Positions 1 through 9,359 of a stretch of 38,635 nucleotides of DNA are shown here, piece by piece (position 1 is the stretch's first letter; the number at the start of each line of letters is the position of its first letter). The position numbers and the translations under genes are program-made. The notes beneath the pieces were generated by a model that did not search any database, was not told the DNA's origin, and saw only the letters and a list, made by a program, of their open reading frames with translations. This DNA is from an uncultured Opitutales bacterium (GTDB lineage: Bacteria > Verrucomicrobiota > Verrucomicrobiia > Opitutales > JABDGR01): contig CAZCMU010000001.1 of the NCBI GenBank assembly GCA_964499725.1, positions 1-38,635 of the forward strand, read 5' to 3'.

Positions 1-302
1 CCATGACAAAGTGAACCAAAATCACTTGTGCTACCATTACACTATCGGGCAGAAAGCAAGGGGTGACGTTACCGGAACAGGGGGCGGGCGGTCAAGATTG
101 GAAGGTGGCCTTTTAACGCCGAACGCTGAAGCACGAATGCTAAATGTCCCAAACAGAGGAAAAAAACGCCGGCCGATTGGCACCGCCGCCTTGGCATCGA
201 AAAGGGTTTGCACAGCCAAGGGTTTAGCCATTAAGAGTTGGATTCCTTGCGGAGCAATTTCGGCGCGGCATATGCTGTAAGCCAACCTCACCGTTTCCCA
301 CC

Positions 303-1367
<1,065 letters not shown>

Positions 1368-1376
1368 GGCCGCGCG

Positions 1377-1970
1377 ATGGACCATCTTCTACCCCCACCC
1401 GGGGATTTTGCGGGCTATATTTTTGACTGCGACGGCACGCTGGCGGCGTCCATGCACCTGCATTACCGGGCATGGAAAAAAGCGCTGGCCGACCACGGCG
1501 CGAAGCTCGATTTCACCTGGGACTTGTTCATCTCGCATGCTGGGCGCGGGACGGAGCAATTTGTCGGGCTGTTGAACACGCACCATGGCGAGCATCTTTC
1601 CCCGGCGCAAGTCGCACGCACGCAGGACGCAATTTTAGCGGAAATCCACCACACCGTGGAGGCGGTGCCGGAGGTGCTGAAATTTGCGAAACGGCTCGCA
1701 CTCGATGGCAAAAAAATCGCGGTGGCCTCGGGCGGCACACGGGAGGCGGTGGCGCGCACGCTGCACTACATCGGCGCGGGAAATTTGTTTGAGGTCGTGG
1801 TGACGATTGACGACGTCATGCGGGGCAAGCCCGCGCCGGACACGTTTTTGATGGCGGCGAAGCGCCTGGGCGTGGACCCCGGGGACTGTGTCGTGCTCGG
1901 GGACAGCGTACTGGACGTGGAAGGGGCGCAGGCCGCGAGGATGGCGTGGGTGAAGCTGGAGCCGAAATAA
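1377..1970 (+). CDS. HAD-superfamily hydrolase, subfamily IA (phosphatase / beta-phosphoglucomutase-like)
   Basis: HAD motif I is DCDGT (YIFDCDGTLA). Motif III is the lysine in RGKPAPD and motif IV is GDSVLDVEGA. It starts 9 nt after the fbaB stop on the same strand. Confidence 0.8.
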   Translation: MDHLLPPPGDFAGYIFDCDGTLAASMHLHYRAWKKALADHGAKLDFTWDLFISHAGRGTEQFVGLLNTHHGEHLSPAQVARTQDAILAEIHHTVEAVPEVLKFAKRLALDGKKIAVASGGTREAVARTLHYIGAGNLFEVVVTIDDVMRGKPAPDTFLMAAKRLGVDPGDCVVLGDSVLDVEGAQAARMAWVKLEPK

Positions 1971-2060
1971 GAAAGCCCCGCCGGGGAAATGGGCGGCGCA
2001 CTGATGGCAGCGATTTTGTTTTAAACCGAACCGGAACCGGCTATATTGGGGGCTGGTCGC

Positions 2061-2900
2061 ATGAAACGTTGCCGTCAATATTTTATTCCCGCCTACGGCA
2101 ATTATTACCATTTTATCAGCGAAACGGTGCAGGGGCTTTACCACGTCCTGGAGCAGGACAAACAACTGCAAAAGAAGGATTATGAATTTTGGTACAAGGG
2201 CAAATACGCCCCCATTATTCAAATGTTTTCCCGGCATCCCGTGCACAAAGTGGAGAATTGGTCTGAGATACCGGGTAATACGATGGTGTTGCCGCACTTT
2301 CGGCCAAAAACCCACCAGCATTGGCTGGCCCTGAAGCCTTTGGGCAAATACTTGGAGGCGATGGTTGAACCCCAGCCGGAAACCGCAGGGATCACGGTTA
2401 TCAAAAGGACCACCACCCGGAAGTATGTCGAGCATGATGAACTGGTGAAGGGTTTGGCCAAGTTTGGCATGCCCGTGCGGGTGGCCATCCTGGAAAAGCT
2501 GTCGTTTCCCGAGCAGATCAACTTGATGCGCAACACCGCGATCCTGCTGGGGCCGCACGGCGCCGGGGTGACCAACATGATTTTCATGCCCAAGGGTTCC
2601 GCGATCCTGGAACTGTATCCCAAAGGGTTTTATTGCCGGGTGTTTCGGGCAATGGCCAAGATTTTCGGGCACCTGCACGTGGATCTTGAATCGGACAATC
2701 CCAGCGTGATTGGCCGGCAGCCCTCCCCGCGCGTGCAAGAGTATCTTGACCGAGGGAACTGGCCGTCCCGGAAAGAATTTTTTGCCTGGAAGCCGGACCG
2801 CATGGAACTGGGCCGGGTGCTCAGGGATGTCTCCTCATTTTCAATTGAGCCGGAGTTGGTGATTAAGCGGCTGGAGCGAATGATTACGCGGCGTGTTTAA
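2061..2900 (+). CDS. Glycosyltransferase family 61 / DUF563 protein
   Basis: The C-terminal half has the typical DUF563/GT61 block LLGPHGAGVTNMIFMPKGSAILELYP. The ORF track starts at TTG 2046; I prefer the in-frame ATG at 2061 (MKRCRQYF). The first half of the gene looks visibly less GC-rich than its neighbours. Confidence 0.65.
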   Translation: MKRCRQYFIPAYGNYYHFISETVQGLYHVLEQDKQLQKKDYEFWYKGKYAPIIQMFSRHPVHKVENWSEIPGNTMVLPHFRPKTHQHWLALKPLGKYLEAMVEPQPETAGITVIKRTTTRKYVEHDELVKGLAKFGMPVRVAILEKLSFPEQINLMRNTAILLGPHGAGVTNMIFMPKGSAILELYPKGFYCRVFRAMAKIFGHLHVDLESDNPSVIGRQPSPRVQEYLDRGNWPSRKEFFAWKPDRMELGRVLRDVSSFSIEPELVIKRLERMITRRV

Positions 2901-3120
2901 CCTGCCGGAAAGGGCCTTGCCCACCGGCTTCTCTTACACTTGACCAACCCCAAATCCACAACCTAAGCTAACCATCCGCCAAGACCTCTTAATACCCTCC
3001 CATCAGGCAGCAGGCCAGCACCCCCACCCCGTCAGACCGTACTGGAATTCCCACCCCAAGGCGTGGGTGTTGTTGCTGGAGCCACCCCACTTACTTTTTT
3101 TAAAATCCAAAATCACCCCT

Positions 3121-4680
3121 ATGAAGACGCATCTAAAAAAATATTCTGTAATCACCATGGCCGTGCTTTGCTGTGCCACGGTCCGGGCCGACGTCACTTT
3201 GGCGAGCCCGTTTGCCACGCACATGGTCTTGCAACGCGATATGAAGGTGCCCGTGTGGGGCCAGGCAACCGCAGGTGAAGCAGTGACCGTTGAGTTTGCC
3301 GGCCAGAAAAAGACAACCCAAGCCGCGGGTGATGGCAAGTGGCGCGTGGACCTTGACCCCCTCACCACTTCGGCGGACAGCCGGACGATGACGGTGACAG
3401 GCGCAAATACCGCGGCGCCGCTCAAACTCGACGACGTGCTGGTGGGCGAAGTGTGGCTGGCGTCGGGGCAGTCGAACATGGTGTTTCCGGTGGAGGCGAG
3501 CGGGCCGTACCATGGGCTGATCAATTATGAAGGGGAAATCGCGGTGGCGAATTATCCGACCATCCGCATGTTCACGGCGCGCGACACGAAGGCTCATGAT
3601 CCGGCAACCACCGTGACCGGCAGTTGGGCGGTGTGCAACCCGGACACGGTGCGGGCATTTTCGGCGATCGGCTATGTTTTTGCCCGCGATTTACAACTTC
3701 AACTCAAGGTGCCGGTGGGCATCGTGTGCGCGGCGTCGGGCGCGAGTTGCGCCGAGGCGTGGATTTCCCGCGAAAAGATCACCGCCGATCCATCCATCAA
3801 GCCGTACCTCGACGCGTTTGATGCTGACTATAACTATTTTAAGGCCGACCCGGCGACCCGCCCGGCCGTGGCACCCGTCCGGGCCACGCCGATTAACAAG
3901 CCGCGTTCGGCCACGCCCGCCACGGGCGACCCGAGCCGCGACCAGCATATGCCAACGGTGTTGTTCAACGGCATGATTAATCCGCTGATTCCCTACGCCA
4001 TGCGCGGGGCCATTTGGTATCAGGGTGAATCCATTGACGGCGGCACACCGGGGTTGATGCTCTACGGCCACATCATGCAAACCTTGATTCAGGACTGGCG
4101 CGAACGCTGGGGCGAAGGCGATTTTACGTTCCTCGAAGTGCAGTTGCCCGGCCAGAAAAACATCAGCAACAACCCGCTGATCCGGGAACAGCAGCAAACC
4201 ATTTTGGACCTGCCGAACACAGGCATGGCGGTGACGATTGACACGGGCGAGGCCACCAATGTTCATCCCTCCAACAAACAGCCCACCGGCTACCGGCTGG
4301 CGCTCGCCGCGCTGGCCAAGGCCTATGGACAGAAGATTGAGTACTTTGGGCCGCTGTATGATACGATGACCGTGGAAGGCGGCAACGCGCGCATCAAGTT
4401 TACCCATGTGGGCGGCGGATTGGTGGCCAAGGGCGGCGAGTTGAAGGGCTTCCAAGTCGCGGGGGCGGACCAAAAGTTTTATGATGCGGCGGCCAAGATT
4501 GACGGTCAGACGCTGGTCGTCAGCAGCCCGCTGGTATCGGCACCGGTGGCGGTGCGCTACGCTTGGGATGATTTCCCCGAGGGCCTCGGCTGCAATTTAT
4601 ATAATTCCTATGACCTGCCCGCCGCGCCCTTCCGCACGGACAAGTGGGATTACCCGATTCAGGGGATTGTGGAGAATTAA
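3121..4680 (+). CDS. Secreted SGNH/SASA-family carbohydrate esterase (sialate O-acetylesterase-like)
   Basis: GEVWLASGQSNM is the nucleophile block typical of sialate 9-O-acetylesterase (DUF303/SASA) proteins. The roughly 520-aa length also fits. The in-frame ATG at 3121 gives a signal-peptide-like N-terminus (MKTHLKKYSVITMAVLCCATVRADV), so I prefer it to the track start at 3067. Confidence 0.75.
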   Translation: MKTHLKKYSVITMAVLCCATVRADVTLASPFATHMVLQRDMKVPVWGQATAGEAVTVEFAGQKKTTQAAGDGKWRVDLDPLTTSADSRTMTVTGANTAAPLKLDDVLVGEVWLASGQSNMVFPVEASGPYHGLINYEGEIAVANYPTIRMFTARDTKAHDPATTVTGSWAVCNPDTVRAFSAIGYVFARDLQLQLKVPVGIVCAASGASCAEAWISREKITADPSIKPYLDAFDADYNYFKADPATRPAVAPVRATPINKPRSATPATGDPSRDQHMPTVLFNGMINPLIPYAMRGAIWYQGESIDGGTPGLMLYGHIMQTLIQDWRERWGEGDFTFLEVQLPGQKNISNNPLIREQQQTILDLPNTGMAVTIDTGEATNVHPSNKQPTGYRLALAALAKAYGQKIEYFGPLYDTMTVEGGNARIKFTHVGGGLVAKGGELKGFQVAGADQKFYDAAAKIDGQTLVVSSPLVSAPVAVRYAWDDFPEGLGCNLYNSYDLPAAPFRTDKWDYPIQGIVEN

Positions 4681-5265
4681 TTACGTCTTCATCCGCTCGG
4701 CATACTTCGCCAGCAGATCAAATTCGAGGTTCACTTTTGAGCCTGTCTTGAGCACGTCTAAATTCGTGAGCTTGAGCGTGTGGGGAATGAGCCAGACGGC
4801 GAGGCTGGCCGCGCCGGCTTCGGCAATGGTCAGGGACACGCCGTTGATGGTGATGCTGCCCTTCTCTGCCACCAATTTAGCGAATTTTTTGGGGAAGCCA
4901 ACGCGGAGGTAGTAATTCTTGCCGGAGCGCTGGAAGATTTTGACGATGCCCACGCAGTCAATATGGCCGGTGACGAAGTGGCCGCCGAAACGGCCGTTGC
5001 GGGCCACACTGCGTTCGAGGTTGAGGCGGGCTTTTTGAGTCAAATCGCCGAGATTGGTGCGGCGCAGGGTTTCCTCCAGCAAATCGAATTCGAGAGTGGC
5101 GCGGGATTTTTTGGCCACAGTGAGGCAGCAGCCGTTGACGGCGACGCTGTCGCCCAAGCGCAGGCCAGGCCGGATGCGGCGGGCGCGCAGGCGGAGGCGC
5201 CAGGCGGCTTTGTTTTCCACCAGACTGAGCAAAACACCGGTTTCCTCGACCAAGCCCGTAAACAT
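4681..5265 (-). CDS. ribE: Riboflavin synthase alpha chain
   Basis: It has the MFTGLVEE N-terminus and the internally duplicated lumazine-binding repeat (GDSVAVNGCCLTV / GSITINGVSLTI). Length is 194 aa. Its stop codon directly abuts the esterase stop (taatta). Confidence 0.9.
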   Translation of the reverse strand: MFTGLVEETGVLLSLVENKAAWRLRLRARRIRPGLRLGDSVAVNGCCLTVAKKSRATLEFDLLEETLRRTNLGDLTQKARLNLERSVARNGRFGGHFVTGHIDCVGIVKIFQRSGKNYYLRVGFPKKFAKLVAEKGSITINGVSLTIAEAGAASLAVWLIPHTLKLTNLDVLKTGSKVNLEFDLLAKYAERMKT

Positions 5266-5514
5266 ACCCCGCCCAGCGTGACAGACCCGGCGCGGCGGGC
5301 AATCTTGAACGGTTTGGGGCCGGGGCGGGGCGCGTATCCTCGATAAAAAATCTTTTACATTTTCTGGCTGGGCGGCGCGGGAACCTTGGATAGAATAGTG
5401 GAGTTATTTCTCCTTGTCTGCCGGACGAATTTACCCTTTGAAAAATCCTTTAACCCTATGTCCTGCCGGAGCTTGCGGTGGGACGCCCTCTGAACCCCCT
5501 ACTTCCGACCTCTC

Positions 5515-6504
5515 ATGGCAATGAATCTCGCATCTCTCAACGAATCCGTCAAAAACAGCTCCGTGTGGGTGGGCCTGCTCCGCGCCGAAATCGGCAAGGT
5601 TATCGTGGGCCAGCAATACCTGGTGGAACGCCTGTTGGTGGGCATGCTCGCCAACGGGCACGTGCTGCTGGAAGGCGTGCCGGGCCTGGCCAAGACACTG
5701 TCCGTGCGGACTCTGGCCAGCGCGGTACAGGCGGATTTTTCGCGCATCCAGTTTACCCCCGACCTGCTGCCGGCGGACATCCTGGGCACGCTCATTTATA
5801 ACCCGCGCGACGGGCAGTTTTTGACCAAGAAGGGGCCGATTTTCGCGAACATCGTGCTGGCGGACGAAATCAACCGCGCCCCGGCCAAGGTACAAAGCGC
5901 GCTGCTCGAGGCGATGCAGGAACGCCAGGTGACGATTGGCGAGCAAACCTTCAAGCTGCCGGAGCCTTTCCTCGTGCTGGCGACGGAAAACCCGATTGAC
6001 CAGGAGGGCACCTATACCCTGCCCGAAGCACAGATTGACCGCTTTATGCTGAAGTTGAAAATCGGCTACCCGTCGCGCCAGGAAGAACGGCAGATTTTGG
6101 ACGCGATGGCCACCACCCGCCCGAAGATGGACGTCAACCAGGTGCTGGACCCGAAGTCCATCATGGCCGCGCGCGAAGTGATTGACCAACTTTACGTGGA
6201 CGACAAGGTCAAGGACTACATCGTGGACATCGTGATGGCGACCCGCACGCCGAGCAAATACAAGATACCACTCGACCAATATGTGCGCTTTGGCGGCTCG
6301 CCGCGCGCGACGATTGCGCTGACGCTGGCGGCCAAGGCCTGGGCCTATCTGCAAGGCCGCGGTTATGTGACCCCGCAAGACATCAAGACCATCGGCATGG
6401 ATGTTTTGCGCCACCGCGTCATCGTCACCTATGAAGCCGAGGCGGAAGATTTGACGAGTGAGGATGTCGTCAAACGGATTTTTGACACACTGCCGGTGCC
6501 GTAA
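5515..6504 (+). CDS. moxR: MoxR-family AAA+ ATPase
   Basis: Walker A is GVPGLAKT and Walker B is VLADEINRA. The MoxR-typical blocks QVTIGEQTFKLPEPFLVLATENPIDQEGTYTLPEAQIDRF and GGSPRATIAL are present. It is the first gene of a MoxR-DUF58-VWA operon. Confidence 0.92.
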   Translation: MAMNLASLNESVKNSSVWVGLLRAEIGKVIVGQQYLVERLLVGMLANGHVLLEGVPGLAKTLSVRTLASAVQADFSRIQFTPDLLPADILGTLIYNPRDGQFLTKKGPIFANIVLADEINRAPAKVQSALLEAMQERQVTIGEQTFKLPEPFLVLATENPIDQEGTYTLPEAQIDRFMLKLKIGYPSRQEERQILDAMATTRPKMDVNQVLDPKSIMAAREVIDQLYVDDKVKDYIVDIVMATRTPSKYKIPLDQYVRFGGSPRATIALTLAAKAWAYLQGRGYVTPQDIKTIGMDVLRHRVIVTYEAEAEDLTSEDVVKRIFDTLPVP

Positions 6505-6556
6505 GAAAATCCTGAATTCGGAATGCTGAGTGCTGAATTAAGACGAAACAATAACC

Positions 6557-7501
6557 ATGCCTGCCCCGGCCATTAACGCTGCCCCCAATCCCGGGGCCAT
6601 TGTCCGCCGCGTCCGCCAGATTGAAATCCGCACCCAGCGGCTGGTGACGGATGCGCTGGTCGGCGCGTACCACTCGGTGTTCAAGGGCCAGGGCATGGAC
6701 TTTGAGGAAGTGCGTGAATACTTTCCGGGCGACGATGTTCGGCGGATTGACTGGAATGTGACCGCGAAGATGGACCGGCCGTTCGTCAAAAAATTCCGGG
6801 AGGAGCGCGAATTGACGCTTATGCTGCTGGTGGATGGCAGCGCCTCGGGCGCATTTGGCTCGGCGGCGGTGAGTAAACGCGAGCTGGCGGCGGAAATCGC
6901 GAGCGTGCTGGCGTTTTCGGCAACGCGCAACAACGACAAAGTCGGCCTGGGCATGTTCACCGACCGGATGGAAAAATTCGTGCATCCGCAAAAGGGTCGG
7001 CAGCACATTTTGCGGGTGATTCGCGACATCCTGTGCTTTGCGCCTGAAAACCGCGGCACGGATCTGGTGGATGCGCTGAATTACACCAACCGGCTGTTGC
7101 GCCGGCGCTCCATTGTGGTGCTGGTGAGCGATTTCCTGCAGGGGCCCGAAGGGAAACTGCCAAACCCCGATTCTCCGCGCAGCCGCGACCTGTTCCGCGC
7201 CCTGGCGCTGACCAACCGCCGGCATGATTTGATTTGCGTGTCACTGTCAGACCCGCGCGAAGAGGAACTGCCGGCGGTGGGGTTGCTGTCGCTGGAAGAC
7301 GCGGAAACCGGCGAGGTCGTGGAACTCAACACCAACAGCAGCGCCGTGCGCACGCGCTACGCGCAGGAGAACCAGCGCCGCCAGGAACTCTTTCGGCGCG
7401 GGCTGCTGCAAACCGGCGCCGGGGTCTTACGACTGAACACGGACGAATCCTATATTCTGCCGTTGCGCCGTTTCTTTGAACAACGCAGCCGCCGCCGCTA
7501 A
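6557..7501 (+). CDS. DUF58 domain protein (VWA-like MoxR partner)
   Basis: It has the typical DUF58 blocks GMDFEEVREYFPGDDVRRIDWNVTAK and a MIDAS-like LLVDGSASG. It sits immediately downstream of moxR, which is the canonical arrangement. Confidence 0.88.
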   Translation: MPAPAINAAPNPGAIVRRVRQIEIRTQRLVTDALVGAYHSVFKGQGMDFEEVREYFPGDDVRRIDWNVTAKMDRPFVKKFREERELTLMLLVDGSASGAFGSAAVSKRELAAEIASVLAFSATRNNDKVGLGMFTDRMEKFVHPQKGRQHILRVIRDILCFAPENRGTDLVDALNYTNRLLRRRSIVVLVSDFLQGPEGKLPNPDSPRSRDLFRALALTNRRHDLICVSLSDPREEELPAVGLLSLEDAETGEVVELNTNSSAVRTRYAQENQRRQELFRRGLLQTGAGVLRLNTDESYILPLRRFFEQRSRRR

Positions 7502-7508
7502 TCCGACC

Positions 7509-8318
7509 ATGCCAGCCCACCCTTCCATTGCGCAAAAACTTAGCGTTGGCCTGCTCGCCATCGCGATGGGGTGGCCGGCTGCGCTGTCGGCCCAACCTTT
7601 TCCGGCCTTTGGCAACGTGACTTCGACACCCGCGGGCAATGCGACCAATTCGACCGGCCTTACACCCCTTGCAGGCAATGCCACGCCGCTGGCCGGCAAC
7701 CTGACGACGCCAACTCCGCCGCTATTTGTGCCGACGAAGCCGGCGGGGTCCGACAAGAGCGCGGATATCCACGACATTCACAACTTTGTGCCGCTGACGT
7801 TTTGGGAAGAGCATGGCCGGCAGATTATTTTGGGCAGCGTGGCGGGCACTTTGCTGCTGGCGGGGGCGCTGTCGTTGATTCTGCGCAAAAAACCGCCAGT
7901 GGTGTTAACCGCTTATCAACGGGCCTTGCAGGAGCTGGAAATCGCGAAAAACCTGCATGCCGCCGGTGAGGACAAGAAATTTGCCATCGCGGCGTCGGAC
8001 GCTGTGCGGCGGTATCTGGAAAATGCCTACAAGATGCCCGCGCCCGAGCGCACGACCGAGGAGTTTTTACAAGAAGCGGCGCGCCACGCCTGGCTGCAGG
8101 GCGAGTTGACGGTGCTGCTTAAACGATTTTTGGAGTTTTGCGACTTGGCCAAATTTGCCGGCCAGCAATTCGGTGAAGAAGAGCGTGGCCAGTTGCTGGC
8201 TTCGGCCCGGGCTTTCCTCGACGCGGCGGAAAAATTGCGCGAACCACCACCAGTGCCGGGCAAACCGCCGAAAGCAGTCGCGGCGCCGCCCGCCAACCCC
8301 ACTCCAACCACGCCGTGA
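7509..8318 (+). CDS. DUF4381-like membrane protein of the Bat operon
   Basis: It has a signal or anchor-like N-terminus and one central TM segment (IILGSVAGTLLLAGALSLIL). The C-terminal helical region has the AVRRYLE...TTEEFL...CDLAKFAG pattern typical of DUF4381, which normally lies between DUF58 and BatA. The start is either ATG 7509 (8 nt after the DUF58 stop) or ATG 7476 as in the track. The stop overlaps the batA start (ATGA). Confidence 0.68.
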   Translation: MPAHPSIAQKLSVGLLAIAMGWPAALSAQPFPAFGNVTSTPAGNATNSTGLTPLAGNATPLAGNLTTPTPPLFVPTKPAGSDKSADIHDIHNFVPLTFWEEHGRQIILGSVAGTLLLAGALSLILRKKPPVVLTAYQRALQELEIAKNLHAAGEDKKFAIAASDAVRRYLENAYKMPAPERTTEEFLQEAARHAWLQGELTVLLKRFLEFCDLAKFAGQQFGEEERGQLLASARAFLDAAEKLREPPPVPGKPPKAVAAPPANPTPTTP

Positions 8319-9352
8319 ATATAATTTTTCACGATTCCGCCTATTTGTGGCTGCTGCCCGTGGTGCCGCTGTTATTGCTGCTGCGCGGACGGATGGGGCG
8401 ACCCGCGGCAGTACAATTTTCCAGCACAGCCGTGGCGCGGCAAATTGGCGCGGTGGGCCGGTCGCGGGCTGGGTGGCTGCTTTGGTCGTTGCGGGCGCTC
8501 GCACTGCTGGCGTTCGTGGTGGCCCTGGCCCGCCCGCAGTTGCCGCAGGACCATGCGGATGAAGTGGAGGCGAGCGGCATTGATATCGTGCTGGTGCTCG
8601 ACATGTCCTATTCCATGTCCTCGGTGGATTTGAGCGTGGGCAACGAAGTGGTCACGCGGGTGGACGCCGCCAAACAGGTGATGCGGGATTTTATCAAGCG
8701 GCGGCCGGACGACCGCATCGGCATGGTGGTGTTTGGGAGTGAACCTTACCTGGTCAGCCCCATCACGCTGAACCATGACTGGCTGTTGCAGAATATTGAG
8801 CGGCTGCACCTGCATCTGGTTGACGGCAGCAGCACGGCCATCGGCACGGCGCTGGGCATGGCGTCCAACCGGCTGCGGGATTTACCGTCGAAGAGCAAGG
8901 TCATCATCCTGCTTACAGATGGCGACAACAATGCCGGCAACATCGCGCCCATGGCGGCAGCCGATGCGGCAGCGGCCTATAAAGTTAAAATTTATACCAT
9001 CGGCGTCGGCTCGCCCAATCCGGTGCCCGTGCCGGTGACGGATGATCTCGGCCAGGTGCAACGGTACCCCAACGGCCGGGTGATGTTTGTGCCCGGCGCC
9101 TATGAAGAAGGCATCAACAGCGACGATTTGCAAAAAATCGCGGACAAGACCAACGGCAAATTTTACCGGGCGCTCGACGTGAACCAATTGCACAAGATTT
9201 ACGACGACATTGACCAGCAGGAAAAGAGCGTCGCGCGCCTGCGCCGCTATTCCACCTATGACGAATTGTTTTACTGGCCGACCCTGCTCGGCCTCGGCTT
9301 CCTGAGCGTGGAGCAAATCCTGGCGCACACGCGGTTGCGCCGCCTGCCCTAA
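8315..9352 (+). CDS. batA: VWA-domain membrane protein BatA
   Basis: It has N-terminal TM helices, a VWA domain with a DxSxS MIDAS motif (VLVLDMSYSM), LLTDGDNNAG, and a C-terminal TM. It has a 4-nt start/stop overlap with the upstream gene. Confidence 0.85.
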   Translation: MNIIFHDSAYLWLLPVVPLLLLLRGRMGRPAAVQFSSTAVARQIGAVGRSRAGWLLWSLRALALLAFVVALARPQLPQDHADEVEASGIDIVLVLDMSYSMSSVDLSVGNEVVTRVDAAKQVMRDFIKRRPDDRIGMVVFGSEPYLVSPITLNHDWLLQNIERLHLHLVDGSSTAIGTALGMASNRLRDLPSKSKVIILLTDGDNNAGNIAPMAAADAAAAYKVKIYTIGVGSPNPVPVPVTDDLGQVQRYPNGRVMFVPGAYEEGINSDDLQKIADKTNGKFYRALDVNQLHKIYDDIDQQEKSVARLRRYSTYDELFYWPTLLGLGFLSVEQILAHTRLRRLP

Positions 9353-9359
9353 ACTTCCC

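Noticed and set aside
179-197. TGGCAC...TTGGCA sequence upstream of fbaB that looks like a sigma-54 promoter.
   Set aside because: The GG and GC dinucleotides are 3 nt too far apart (GG-N13-GC instead of GG-N10-GC). Sigma-54 spacing is essentially invariant, so I did not call it.
11-291. Track ORFs 11-280(+) and 37-291(-) in the first 300 nt. I also considered a possible tRNA, sRNA or terminator there (A7 run followed by a GC-rich segment at about 160-190).
   Set aside because: The translations have no family resemblance and overlap each other. I found no cloverleaf or T-loop (GTTCGAATC-like) sequence. The putative hairpin next to the A/T run forms only about 3 bp. The region is most simply the fbaB upstream region.
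4681-5265. ribE occurs alone, without ribD, ribBA or ribH neighbours, which might mark an unusual riboflavin locus.
   Set aside because: Dispersed rib genes are common outside Firmicutes. Nothing in the flanks suggests a novel arrangement.
5266-5400. Possible FMN (RFN) riboswitch in the leader of ribE (minus strand).
   Set aside because: I read the reverse complement of the leader. It lacks the conserved RFN cores (GGGCAGGGTGAAATTCCC...ACCGGCGGT and GCCGACAGTGAAAGTCTGGATGGGAGA). Only a generic CCCCGCCC/GGGCGGGG GC-rich complement is present.
6505-6556. Direct repeat CTGAATT...CTGAATT and a GAATTC palindrome in the 52-nt moxR-DUF58 spacer.
   Set aside because: The repeat is short (7 nt) and consistent with chance. 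There is no supporting structure or known motif.
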